Source: the human T2T-CHM13v2.0 reference genome, Homo sapiens. From it: DNA of 64,000 bases. The stretch is from the NCBI RefSeq assembly GCF_009914755.1, contig NC_060931.1. The stretch is one strand, 5' to 3'. The stretch's first letter is position 1; each line of letters starts with the position of its first letter. Under the pieces are notes generated by a model that was not told the DNA's origin, made no database searches, and saw nothing but the letters and a program-made list of their open reading frames with translations. The translations under genes and the position numbers were made by a program. This document shows positions 42,431-57,430 of the stretch, piece after piece.

Positions 42431-43849
42431 GTAGAATTAGCATCTGGGGGCAGGAAACTTTTTTCTCCTGACAAGTTGCAAATTGATCCATTGGTTCTCT
42501 TAGGCAAATGACAGGCAATTCTGTAGACTTTTCTTTTTACATTAAAGGCCTTATCCACTGACAATTCACAGAATGTATTATGGAAAATTACCAATCATGT
42601 TCACAAGATAAATAGAGCATTCCAGGATGGTAATTCAATGATCACCTAAGAAGACTGTGTCTTGCTAAGGTCACCACATGCGTCTATGTGTGTGCCCACA
42701 CAGATACATCCTTTATCTGCAAGCAGATATGTTATTGGTGTCTCATTTGAGTTTCCTTGAGTTGGTCATGGGCTTTAATTGCTGCTGTTTGATTATAAAT
42801 TACAATTTGTTTAGCTTCAACTGATTGGTTACCTCTTCAAAATAGAGTGACTGATCTGTATTTGAGTCAACAGTAATTTTTGACTTAAGCTTTTCCAAAA
42901 TTTAAAATTTAAAATGTGTATATACTATGGTATAAATAGGAATTGGCCATTCTCCTATTGCATAATAGATACATAGAATGCCCCATTCTGCAATTTTTGA
43001 GTATGATATATCTTCAACTTTGATGGGCCTGTGAATTTGTGCTATTTAAATAACCTGCACCTTATGATCAAGGTAAGTCTTTTAAAATCACTGAATTATT
43101 TTTAACATTTATAATGGGTTATACCCCTTTGTATTTTTCTGTTATGAAATAAATCATAAGCAAGTCATCAAATTGGAACTTGACAGTTTATAATAGCATT
43201 TTTTTCTGTTATACTCCTTTCAATTCTTTATGAAAAATTTTTTTTCGATTGCAGTGTGTGTGGGTGATAGGCTCTGGGATCTTCTGCCTATCTGCAGTGC
43301 TCTGAGATTCAAAAAGTACAATTCCAACTCTTTAGAGATCAGCTTATGTCTTACCTCCTCGTGAATCCTGCTCTGAGTCATCTAGGACGGAGCTCTCTAT
43401 CTTAGGGATAATCTGTCTTCCTCTTGAGTTATGCATATTTTCTTGGGTTTGCAGTGGAATTTTTCAGTTCTTTACAGGTTAGGACCATTATCCAATAAAC
43501 TTTATTTATATTTCCCAGAGTTACCAAACACTTGAGGGCACATACTGGACAATCCATAGAGAGTTCTCAGCTGGGGTCCTTCTTGTCATCAATAGTGCAT
43601 GACAGGTAAGAAAAGTGTGGGAGGATCACTTTGAGAATGGGAATACTTAGATTTATGAAAAAAAAAGTGATAAATGAATGATCTGTTTCAAACAAAGGTC
43701 ATATTTGAGCCAAGTCACACAAAGTACAGGCATGCCAGAGTGTCAGTGTTAGGCAGACAAAGCGGGAGAAGGAGCTATGTCTTACCTCTCAAGTCATGCT
43801 TTAGTGCACCCCCCGGTTGACTCATCTCACTGCTTCCCACTGGTGCCCG

Positions 43850-44245
43850 CATGCAATATGTTCTCCTCACCAGTCAGTGACCTTTTAAAAATGCAAATCA
43901 GATGACATTGCTCTGTGCAATACCCTTTAATAGCTTCCTATTGCAGTCCTAATGAAATCCAAAGTCCTGCCATGGCCTCCAGAGTCCTGCCTATCTGGCC
44001 TCATCTTCTACTACCTTATCTCCCTACTCCAGCCATGCTGGCCCTTTCCATCCTCTTGGACTGGCCTAAGCTTGTGCTTGCCTTGTGCTTTTGCCTGGTG
44101 TGCTCTCCCTCTGGATCTTTGTGTGGTTGGCATCTTCATGTAATTCTGATCTCATCTCCAATATCAACTCTTCAGGAAAGCCTTTGCTGACCCTCCATTC
44201 TAAATTTGTGTGCCCACTGCTGCATTGTATTAATCATGTTTTTAT
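43850..44245 (+). mobile_element. L2 fragment (continues about 45180-45380)
   Basis: ttttaaaaatgcaaatcagat…aaatccaaagtcct…ggaaagcctttgctgacc. Confidence 0.65.
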
Positions 44246-44249
44246 TTTC

Positions 44250-45166
44250 TGTGCTTTATGATGTTTTGACATCTTGGGGCTTTGCTCATCCTGGAGAAAC
44301 TGCCCCTCCAGGGCTGACTCCTAGGGATAGGAAACAACTTGCCTGCAAGAATGCCCTTTTCTTGTCTTTCCTTTCCTTTCCTTTTCTTTTCGTTTCTTTT
44401 CTTTTCTTTTCTTTTCTTTTCTTTTCTTTTCTTTTCTTTTCTTTTCTTTTTTTTTCTTTTCTTTTCCTTTCCTTTTCATTCCATTCCATTCCTTTCCTTT
44501 CCTCTTTTCTCTTTTCTTTTCTTTTCTTTTCTTTCAGATGGAGTCTTGCTCTGTTGCCCACGCTGGATTGCAAGTGGCACAATCTTGATCTCGGCTCACT
44601 GCAACCTCCACCTCCTGGATTCAAGTGAGTCTCGCGCCTCAGACTCCCAAGTAGCTGGAATTACAGGCATGTGCCACCATGCCTGGCTAATTTTTGTGTT
44701 TTTAGTAGTGATGGGGTTTCACCATGTTAAGCATGCCTTTCACATGCAAACCAACCAATCCAAAGCCCACGCCTCAACACCTTCCTTTATCTCACTCACA
44801 CACCAAGCCAATATTCCTCCTGCCCTAAATCATCCCAGGGCCAGGTACCAGACAACTCAGGACTGTTGCTATAGTCAAAAGCCCACTGAAATTAGCCAAA
44901 GTATCCAATCCTAAACTTGCACTGCCTGCCCGGTCTGCCCCCCTCATTCTTTCCTGTGAAATCTAAAATAATGGCTCTTGCCCATGCTTTCTCCTTGCTT
45001 GCACTGCCTCCTGGCCAACCCTGGTGCTTCCCCATGTGGCACTGCAGGGCATGGTATCCCCCTCCTGTAGGGAACTGTGAGTATAAACTCTTTTTTCAAG
45101 GCAGTTGTCTCCATGTCTGTCATCTTGCCACACTGATTAAAACAAAATCCCAAGAACATTTAAACA
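44250..45166 (+). mobile_element. MER21/MER68/MER77-group LTR interrupted by truncated Alu
   Basis: gttttgacatcttgggg…actgcccctccagggct…catgcctttcacatgcaaaccaaccaatcc…cccagggccaggtaccagacaac. Confidence 0.6.
44360..44728 (-). mobile_element. 5'-truncated Alu whose tail expanded into (TTTTC)n/(TTCCA)n
   Basis: Right monomer plus part of the left monomer; TSD-like aagaatgcccttt / aagcatgccttt; microsatellite 44360-44535. Confidence 0.85.
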
Positions 45167-45639
45167 CATACTTTACCCCATGTGGCCTTATCCTCCATCA
45201 TTTCATCCTAGTTTTGTTTTTCGGGACTCTTAGCCCCTGAAACTTGCAAATATAAGCTGCTTTTCCTTGGATACAGGAAAAATGAGTGCAGGGGTCTTTT
45301 TTCTGTTCACCACTACAGCCCTAGCGCTCAGACCAGAGCCTGGCAAAATGGGAAATCAGCTAATATTTCCCGACTGAAGCTTATAGACACTGAGAGAAGA
45401 GCACTAAGAAAATCAAATGAAAGAATGAGAAATCATTTTGAAAGTTCTGAAGTACTACACAATTAAAATGGTTTACTGATATATTCCCCTGGTCTCTCAA
45501 ATTAATTTTAAATAACATCACTGGCAGGTTCTGGAAAGGCATTATGGAAGTACTTTTACACATTTTTTCTGCACAGAAGTCCAGGATATCCATAGTGGCC
45601 TCAGAAAAATTTACTAGGGAAAATTATACCAAAGTGACC

Positions 45640-46050
45640 CTGTGACTTCTTCTGAGACTGCCTTGTGTTGGCTCCCTCTTCCTGGGCAGTCGGACTACAT
45701 CTCCCAGAATCCCTTGCAGTTGGGTCTGGTCATATGACTGCTCTCTAGCCAATAGAATGCAAGTGAAATTACCATGCGCCACTTCTGGGCCTGGCCCATC
45801 CAAGCATCCCCTGGGCAATTATTCGTGTTCTTTTACCTTCCCAGGTGAATTCTGAAACTGTGGGTGGTAACTGAAAGTGACATAGAATGGAAGGAATCTT
45901 GATTTATAAAGTATCACTTCAAGCAACGTCACTCAATGACCGGCAACATTCCTTTTGGACTTTACCTGGGTGAGAAACTTTTAATGAGTTAGACCACTGA
46001 AGTTTCATGGGTGAGCTGCTTAGCAGCTGCTGTTGTCTTAATTAACATAG
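45640..46050 (+). mobile_element. Old MLT1 (H/I/J-type) LTR
   Basis: actacatctcccagaatcccttgcagttggg…tctagccaatagaatgcaagtgaaa…tgagaaact…ccactga. Confidence 0.6.
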
Positions 46051-46764
46051 GTACCTCTGGGGCCAGGTGAAATATAACTGGTTCCAAACTCTGGTGATGA
46101 CAAGGGATTGAAAGCCCTCTTCACACAGGGAGATGTACTTCTTGAAGACCCAAGGTCGTGAAAGTAGAGCAAACTCTTTCTGATTAGGCTTGGCGTCCAC
46201 TTCGTGTATGGTCCGGGTCCACTGCTCTGTGCTCCTCTCTGCAAATGCTGCGATTCAGGTTCTGCCATGACTCAGCATCTTCCCTTGATTGGGTTAGAAA
46301 GGGCAATCCTGAAGAAAAGAAATTCATATCTGTCAATTTGGTGGAGTTTGCAAAAGTCTGCTAAAATGAAATTGTCTGATATTAATTCTCTGGGCCACAG
46401 GCAAATGGCCAGAAGGTAGACATCTGATTTCCTCCCAAGACAGGACTTGCTGCCTGAGGCCTGGCTGTCAGCAAAAGGTAAAGGCCTGGAACTCACCTGC
46501 CACTGTGCAGTGTTCATCCCTTTTCTAACCATCTGTTCTCCATCCTGGGAGGCAGGACTTCTGTGCTTTCCCATCATTGAAGCCACTCTTCTGCATAACC
46601 CCTTATCCCTCCCTCTGCCCTCTGGGTAGATGAATTCCCTCCTTCACCCTCAGAATTGCCCCTCTGAGCCCTTCCCTCAGAGCTGTAGTTTGTCCTCAGC
46701 TGTTTCAAGGTCTCCATAGTGATCCAGTGATGGAGAAGAATAGGAAAATTTGGGGCTGTTGTCA

Positions 46765-47214
<450 letters not shown>

Positions 47215-47974
47215 AAAAAAGACTTGTGGGTACTTTCCTTTATGGCATGATTCCTCCTTTTATGGTTTCAGCTTTTAGCTAAACTTGGAGAAAGTGACAA
47301 TGCTGTTTCATGCCCCACAAAGAAAAAAAACCTTGATCTCTGGCATGAAGAGTCCATTGAAACAAGGTATTGAGACATCAGATATTTAGGATGAAGGTTT
47401 CGTGAGGAACCAGGTAAGTAACTTGGATTCTAATCCTGGTTCTGCCCTAACTAGTCATGTGTCTTTTGGGAGGTCATTATTTCTGGATCCCTTTTCCCAT
47501 TTACAACATGGTAGTGGGTTTCTCAGTGCTTCTGGATCTGCCATTGAGAGGTCTTAGGTGCCCCTGGGCTCATACTCCCTTCCCCTCCTGCTTCCCACCA
47601 CATTTATGTTCCTTACATGTTTGGGTTGCAATATAAGCTTCTATTTAAAGAAAAGCTCCTTGGCTAGATGATCTAATTATGATGACAGCTGCCATTTTGA
47701 ATGTTTGTGCTATTGGTTAAGCCTGTGTCATATACAAATCTTTATTTTTCATTCAAAAGAAAAAAGTTAATGCAGTCACTCTTTCCCTTGGTTCTTACAT
47801 TCTGATTGTTTAAAATGAGACAGGAGTTGAGCCTGGCCTTTCCTGGTGCATGCTTTTGCAACACAGCACACATCAGTGGCAATACCAGGAGAAAAACCCA
47901 TTGCAGCCTCTATCCTAGTAGTCAAAGAAAGGCTGCCTTGAGATCCCCTTCCTCAAGGTGAATGTCATGCTGGG

Positions 47975-48445
47975 CAGGTGAGCGCCATCTGCGAAGAAGC
48001 GCTCTGTAGGGCGATCATGCAGCCACAGGAGGAGACCCGTAAGCCTGGGTATGTGTAGTTACGGGATTCCCCTGCGTTCGGGGCCTCTCAGCTATCTCCC
48101 ACCCTTCTGGTGGTTTATCAATCACAAAGAATAAGCCAGTGATTACTATCCAAACTAGTTTTCCTCTTGGAAGCAGTTGTAGGAGATGAATGTCCCAAGG
48201 GTAGACAGTGTGGTGCGTCGATCATTCCTGGAGAGGAGCTTGGGTGAGGACACACCAGGTGTTTTCCAAGCATGAGCCTGCTTTCCGCAGGGTCCTGCTG
48301 AGCTCACAGGGCCCACAAGGTGGCGCGTGAGCCGCAGAGATGGCGAGGAGCCCCGCGGGCGAAGAGGCTGGGCGGCGGGGTGAGGAGGAACCCTGGAGCC
48401 CACCCTGGAGTGTCTCCCTCAGGCCACACCCTCCTCGCAGGTGCT
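47975..48445. promoter_or_regulatory. CpG-enriched non-repeat patch with CTCF-like motifs (47982-47995 minus; 48313-48326 plus)
   Basis: About 20 CpG in about 470 bp versus CpG-poor flanks; CCACAAGGTGGCGC closely fits the CTCF core. Confidence 0.5.
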
Positions 48446-48689
48446 ATCCACACCTCACAGTTCTGTGCTTGAATATCCTTGGTCTAATGTCTGTCTCTAG
48501 ATTTTGCTTCTGTGAAAGCCAGGCCCTGGCTTTCTGCTGGTTCCCTGATGAAGTGCACGGTGAGTGTTTACATTCCTGATACATTTAATTCCATGAGCTA
48601 CAACATGATGGAATTTCATTTTTAAAGCCCTTACCAGCTCCAAGTATTACAGACAAGCATCCAAGTCTGTGGGTAATCACGTGTTCTAC

Positions 48690-50050
<1,361 letters not shown>

Positions 50051-50057
50051 CTTTTCT

Positions 50058-50324
50058 TCAGTTGTATATATTCAAGTCATACAATGTGATGTTTTGATAT
50101 ATATACATATACACACACACACATAGTGAAATGATTATTACCCTCAAGCCAATTAACATATTTATTACTTCACATAGTTAATTTGTGTTTCTGTGTGGTA
50201 AGAACACCTAAAAGCTACTCTCTTAGCTTTTCAGTCTACAATATTATTAACTACCATCCTCATGCTGTGCATTAGATGTTTAGACTTATTCATTGAATAT
50301 AACTCAACTTTGTACCGTTTGACC
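50058..50324 (-). mobile_element. L1MA-type 3' end fragment
   Basis: gtatatattcaag…tacaatgtgatgttttgatat…attaacata…ctactctcttagc…tttgacc; flanked by gaatctttt repeats. Confidence 0.72.
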
Positions 50325-50424
50325 TGTGAATCTTTTTTCAAAATAGAAAGTTAAAAAAATAGTGTACTCTAAAGTACAATTGAGACAAAAATGGAAATAA
50401 GTAATGTTTACCAAAAAAATTATG

Positions 50425-50675
50425 GGACAGTGGAAAGAACACTGGTGTAGACCTAAAAGGCTGGATTCAGGTCTTGTTTTGTCCTTGCTAGCGTGGCAAT
50501 CCTGGGTCAATGCACTCAAGACTCATGAGTTTTGATTGCCTATTGATACTGTGGGAATTATAAGAACTTATCTGCTTATTTCAAAAGGCTATTGTAAAGA
50601 TTCAATGAGATATTATATATAAAACACCTTTCATAGTGCCTAGAACATAGTAAGTGCTCAATAAATGTTGTTTTA
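50425..50675 (+). mobile_element. MIR
   Basis: ttgtaaagattcaatgaga…atagtgcctagaacatagtaagtgctcaataaatg. Confidence 0.7.
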
Positions 50676-53029
50676 ATAGTATACTTTATAATAATTATAT
50701 TAAGTATGTGCAAATAGAATGGAAAGTACTGATTGTCTTTGCAGAGAAGCTGGCTGTGTTTTCAGGTTTTATAGTTGACAGACTGTTTGGAAGACCCCTA
50801 CGCAAGTGTAATTGTGTTCCTAGAGTCTATTGGCAATGGTATTTGTGTGTCTGTATGTGTGTATACTGCTAAATACAGGAAAAATAATTACTAGTTAGAA
50901 CTTTACCATATCAGTAGTTAGACCAAAGGCAATTTGCATCTTCCTGTTTCTGATGTCTGTTTTCTGCAGGGAACCCAGCAACATCAGGGATTCTTCCAGG
51001 TCACTAAGTGACCATTTTAATAGAACTTATTTGCTTTACCCACAGGCTATCAGTGAACAAATTTCCAGAAAATTCTTAGTTGAGCCATAGCATTTAATAA
51101 CTTTATCATATAATTTGTGATTGTCTTGATAATAATGTTTGAACAAGTAGATGGATATGTTGATGGTGTGGTTTCCACTGCATATCAAACATTAACTGGC
51201 TACTGTGTTATTGGCCTGTTGTTAAAGAGTTTCTGAAAAATAGCTAGTCAGGTCCCTAACGTTGGTTCTCTTTGTCTTTCATGGGAGATACAGAAATGAC
51301 TTACATTTTGCAGATCCAAACTCAGTTTTCATTAGTTCTACCTTTCTAGTTATTCAGACAGATAGTGGGTCAGTGGTTGGATGGATATTTCTTTGACGTT
51401 TAATTTTCCTGCTTCATTGACTTACCTGATCTAGTTGTAGCATAGTTTCTCTTACATTTCTTATTTAAACCCGCATTCTCATTTTGAATTTGTCTTTGGA
51501 GTTCTAGACTTATGCAGGGTCTCAGAATTATAGAAGCTTCCATGTATTTGTAGAACAGCCTTCCATTCTAAGGAAGGGCAGAGGGAAGGAAGATCTGCCT
51601 TGTTACTGCGTCTTCACTGACCAAGGATGCGGACGTGGACACAAAGTCTGCTCCATTATGTGTGGACCCCTATTCCCAGTATTCTTTGTGGAAAGCACTG
51701 GACTTGGGATGCTTGATTACTACAATCCCTCTCCCCTACTCATAGATGTCTGTAACTACCTGTAGTTGTGAAATTCTCTATTTCCACACCTGTGGCATGG
51801 TGGCCATCCCAATTCTTTCTTGGTATTTTTGAATCCAACCTCCTCTGAGACACAAAGCTATTACACTTCCCCCCCCGCTCACTGGAAACATTTGCTGGTT
51901 GTAAAAGATTTTGAAAATCATAGATTCCAAACAAAGACAATTGATTTGCTCTTTATTTTCTAGAATTCCCTCCAATTCTCTACTGTTCCTTTTTACATCT
52001 CCATGCTCATTTGCATCAAAATTTTTACTTTCACTGCTTGACCCTGATTCCCACCCTAATACTTTGCAGAAGTGTGTGCACATATCTGTGGAGCAGATTG
52101 TGCAATGGGTGGGATTTGTGGGCTATTTACCCAGTGAGACAACAAAGCTCCATTCAGACAGAGAGCTCTACCCACGAATTATTCACATAATGTGAAGAAT
52201 AAATGGGGCTGTTAAAGTTGATGCTATTAGCATGTTAACTCACTTTAAAACCATTTTATTCACGATTAAGTAACAATTGGATGCCGCATTATCAAGGGAT
52301 CTCTAAATTGCTGTGTATGTTGGCTGGTTCTTCAATTGGCTAATTTCTGAGGGTAGGGCAGGAAGGCAGGAGATGGTGAGGTTTAGCTTCTGAAAGTTGT
52401 TAACAGAGTCGTTTTTAACATTGTATAACTACATTTATAAAAAGTAACTTTTAAAAGATTATTGGGCCTTATGAACTGATTCCCTTGACTAAATAATTCA
52501 ACTAGTCTTAATTAAATATTCTAACTGAGGTTTTTTTAAAATTTAGTTTTTAGTGTACCAGATTGCAAAGTTAATAAGCATTTTTTAAAAACACAGCTGA
52601 TATCTCTTATCTGTCAGATAGCTTTTTAAGTTATACTAGAAGTAGAGACTTCCTAACTTAAATTGATATTGGACTTGGATTAACTGTTTCTATTCTGTAT
52701 CAACTCAAGAAATTTGAGACACATTCTGAGTCCAGATCTGCATCACCAATATTAATATCCCAAGACATAAAAATATGTTGTTAAAATAAGAATATCAAAG
52801 AATGATGCTTGTCTTGAATACTCAGCAGAAATTAATGTGTAGGATGCATGCAACCCCTTTCTCTTTTGCTATCCTTACCCTGCGTAGACCAGATGCTTTA
52901 TAATATAGGAGGTTTTTTAATCCTATGGCATATTTTTGAGGTTGTTGTATCCATTCCTGTGTGACAGATGGGGAAGCTGAGGCCAAGAACATTGAAATAA
53001 CCTTCTGGAGATCACTGATCATATTGAGT

Positions 53030-53205
53030 TTCTCAGCACGTAGTCCCTGGAATACGTGTGTCAGAATCACTTGTTGTACTGAAATGCAGATTAGGGGCCT
53101 CACCTAGAACTTCTAAATGTTTGAAGTTGGAGCACATACATTTTATTTTTTTAAACTGGCCCCCTAGGTTATTTGTGTAAACCCCAAAGTTAGATGATTG
53201 TGTCT
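53030..53205. mobile_element. MER5-like MITE
   Basis: ttctcag…gtcagaatcact…aaatgcagatt…ttttaaactggcccc. Confidence 0.5.
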
Positions 53206-53492
53206 TACAGCATTGCTACTTCTTGACACACTTGACTTGGCTTATGCACAAGGACTGCATTGCATAAGTGAATCAGTCTAGAAATGGAGACAGTGGAAGC
53301 AATATTTTCTATTTGAAGAATTCGGCCTGAAAGTATTTTGATAATTTTTGTCTTTAGTCATCTACTTTTGCAGTTGGAGCTACTTATGTGCCCCTGTGAA
53401 GTTCTACTTACTTTTGACTCTAATGATAGCTGTTTTGGATATCTGGGCCTGATTCTATTACATTCATGTTTTTGAGAGGGAATTTACTACCA

Positions 53493-53990
53493 TGTATTAG
53501 TTCAAACCCACGGAAGCAGAAACCACTCTATATCTTTGAACAGAGGGAATTCAATATAGGGAACTGTGTCCATCGATGACAAAAGACTGGAAAAGTCAAG
53601 TAGGACACTAAGGCAATAGATGGATTAGGAACAGCAGGAAAACATTGCCTTGTCTGTGAGTGAAGGAACAATTGAAGGAGGTAGTGTGACCATAATAGAG
53701 GATCTGGAGCCTTTTGTCAGGTTCTGCAAGATCTAGGGAGAAGATTTTGGTGAGAGCTATTGATGGAGAAGTTGGAAATCGGCCTGAGGCAGTGGAGGGA
53801 CATAGTAAATCCTGGCTCCCTTCCTCCTTTTCCTTCCTCCTCAGTCTTCCACATGCACCTCTCATTGGCCAAAATCACCAGAAAGCCAGTTGGCATGGGA
53901 GCCTGGAAAATGGAATGTCCTGAACACACAGCAAATAGGGGAAGTGGAGGTAATGGATGTGAGAGCAAGGAGGCAAGTGATCAATGAATG
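53493..53990 (-). mobile_element. Ancient ERV LTR (LTR78/79-like)
   Basis: tgtattag…gaagcagaaaccactcta…atagggaact…ctcattggccaaaatcaccagaaagccag. Confidence 0.4.
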
Positions 53991-54443
53991 CTTCCCTGGG
54001 GGAAGGACTGTCTGGTCTGATTGGCCACTAGTTCACTCTCTACCCATGCGAGGAAGAGTAACTAGTTTGTTAAGTATGGCTAAACTGGTTTCATCTGGTA
54101 CCTGTTGAACTCTGGTTAGCAGGAGCAGGGCCCTTTGCTCCCCACCTCTCTTGCCTCTTAAGTCTTTTCATGCCTGTGTAGCAAGTGAGCATGCAAGCTC
54201 TGAGTTCATATGCCCAGGCGGGGCACCCTCATGATCTCATGCAGCGGGGGACAGGCAGCCCTGGACTTCTAGCTTCAGAGAGGGAGGTGACAGGTCCAGT
54301 CATATACTCTGTGGTAGCAAGATAACGTCCATGTCCTTACTCTTGGAACCTGTGGATATATTAGGTTGCATGGAAAAGGGGAATTAAGGATACAGATGGA
54401 ATTGAGTTGTTTATTAGCTGATTTTAAAATAGAGATTATCCTG

Positions 54444-55768
54444 TAATTGTCAAGCCACAGATAGAAGAATGAGACGATCCTCATCTCTCAGCTTATACAA
54501 AAATCAAGTTTAGATGGATCAAGGACTTAAATCTAAGACCTGAAACCATAAAAGCTCTAGGAGATAACATCAGAAAAACCCTTCTAGACACTGGCTTAGG
54601 CAAAGACTTCATGACCAAGAACCCAAAAGCAAATGCAATAAAAACAAAGATAAATTGATGGGACTTAATTAAACTAAAAAGCTTCTATGTAGCAAAAGAA
54701 ACAATCAGCAGAATAAACAGACAACCCACAGAGTGGGAGAAAGCCTTCACAATCTATACATCCAACAAAGGACTAATATCCAGAATCTAGAAGGAACTCA
54801 AACAAATTAGCAAGAAAAAAACAAACAATTCGATCAAAAAGTGGGCTAAGGACATGAATAGACAATTCTCAGAAGAAGATACACAAATGGCCAACAAACA
54901 TATGAAAAAATGCTCAACATCACTAATTATCAGGGAAATGCAAATCAAAACCACAATGTGATACCACCTCACTCCCCTGCAGGAATGGCCATAATAAAAA
55001 AATAATAGATGTTGGCATGGATGCGGTGAAAAGAGAACACTTCTACACTGCCAGTGGGAATGTAAACTAGTACAACCACTATGAAAAACAGTGTGGAGAT
55101 TCCTTAAAGAACTAAAAGTAGATCTACCATTTGATCCAGCAACCCCATTCCTGGGTATCTACCCAGAGGAAAATGAGTAATTATATGAAAAAGATTCTTG
55201 CACACACATGTTTATAGCAGTACAACTTGCAATTGCAAAAATATGATACCAGCCCAAATATGCATCAATCAATGAGTGAATAAAGAAATTGTGGTTTATA
55301 TATATATATACCATGGAATACTACTCAGCCATAAAAAGGATGAAATAACGGCATTCACAGTGACCTGGATGGAATTGGAGACCATTATTCCAAGGGAAGA
55401 AACTCAGGAATGGAAAACCAAACATCATATGTTCTCACTCATAAGTGGGAGCTAAGCTATGAGGATGCAAAGGCATAAGAATGATACAATGGACTTTGAG
55501 GACTCGGGGAGAAAGATGGGAGGGGGTGAGGGATAAAAGACTACACATTGGGTACAGTGCATACTGCTCAGGTGATGGTGCACCAAAATCTCAGAAATCA
55601 CCACTAAAGAACTTATTCATGTAACCAAACACCACCTGTTCCCCAAAAACCTATGGAAATAAAAAATAAAGAATAAAGAATAAAGAATAAATGATGCCCC
55701 TACTACTAATGACAACAATAAGTAAATAAATAAACACATACATACATACATTCATACATAAAACAGAT
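54444..55768 (+). mobile_element. 5'-truncated L1PB1-type (ORF2 end, 3'UTR, A-rich tail)
   Basis: ORF2 C-terminal nucleotide signature; gctaagctatgaggatgcaaaggcataagaatgatacaatggac; 18-bp TSD aaaatagagat(t/g)atcctg (54426-54443, 55769-55786). Confidence 0.92.
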
Positions 55769-55838
55769 AAAATAGAGATGATCCTGGATTACCTGGGTGG
55801 ACCCAGTGTAATTACAAGAGTCCTTAAAAGTGGATGAC

Positions 55839-56202
<364 letters not shown>

Positions 56203-56269
56203 TTAAATATGCTATCAAGATTGCTGTCCACATCAAAGGGGAAAGGAACCCCACTTGATCCATCTGGCA

Positions 56270-57430
56270 TAACTGGCTTCTTAGAGGAAGCAACTAGACC
56301 TCTTATACCAATCATACACAAAATAAATTTCAAACATACTAAAGATAAAAATATAAGTGACTTAAAACAAGAAATTTGAGGATAATAGTTTGGTAGTGTG
56401 GGCTGAGGAGGAGTATCTGCTTGAGTAAGACAGAAACATAGAAAGAAAAAGACTCACAGTCCTAGCCACATAAAAATTTAAAATCTCTGTATGTGTAAAG
56501 ACACCAGAAAAGAAAATTAACATAGGAGCAAAAATCTGAAAGAAAGCGCGGGCAACACAGATAACAAAGGGTGGATTTCCCTCCATGTATAGATGAGAAG
56601 GCAACAACTGGGTAGAAAAGGGATACAGGCAATTAACTGTCAGGCAAGTTATAGACAAATGCACACAGTCATCCAATGTGGAAAGCTGTTGATTTTGGCC
56701 TGTAAGCCTCTTTTTTCTTTAAACTCACCTGAGGTTTGCAATTTTTATTTTGATTTCTTCTTTTGTCCAAAAGATTTGAGTATTTTATATTTTCTATATG
56801 CTTAGATTTATTTTGACTATCCTATTCTTCACTCTTCTAGTTTCGTTGAGTAGTGCTCAAAAAGCATGTTCTGTGTGATTTCTACTTTAGGAAGAATATA
56901 TGAAGATTATGTTTATTAACTAATAAAATTCTTATTTAATATCCTGTTAGTCCTTTAAAATGCTTATTCTGGTTTTGGGTGTAAAATTTTATAGTTAGTC
57001 AATATTATACCAAATTTGTTAGTCTTGTTAATCAAATTCTAAAATCTCATTTTAAAAATTGAATTTATTTTTGAGAAATGTGTTTCTGCTTTTCCAGTTT
57101 CTCCTTGAATTTATGTATCTTTTGCTGTAGATATTTTGGTGGTTTGTTATATGCCTGAAGATTTGTGACTGTTGTATTTTCTTTGTGAATTATCTCTTTA
57201 ATCAATATGAAATTCTTTCTGCTATTTAAGAATGTTTGCTTTGAAATCATATTAGTATTGCTACACGTGTTTCCTTTGTTAGCATTTTCTCCGTGTATCT
57301 CATCTATTACTTTATTTATTTTTTTCTTGTGCCATCTGATTTTGGATAAGTCTGTTGTAAACAGCATGCACTTACACTCTCACAATATGCCTTTTAATAG
57401 GAAATTTAACCTATTAAGATAACTGATATA
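56270..57430. mobile_element. Degraded L1M fragments (plus strand about 56270-56660; minus strand about 56750-57430)
   Basis: catacacaaaataaattt…aaaatttaaaatctctgtatg on the plus strand; T-rich ORF2-EN-like decay on the minus strand. Confidence 0.5.

Noticed and set aside
44206-44914. Phe/Ser/Leu-rich and Lys/Arg/Glu-rich ORFs of 112-191 aa
   Set aside because: Translations of the (TTTTC)n microsatellite and antisense Alu
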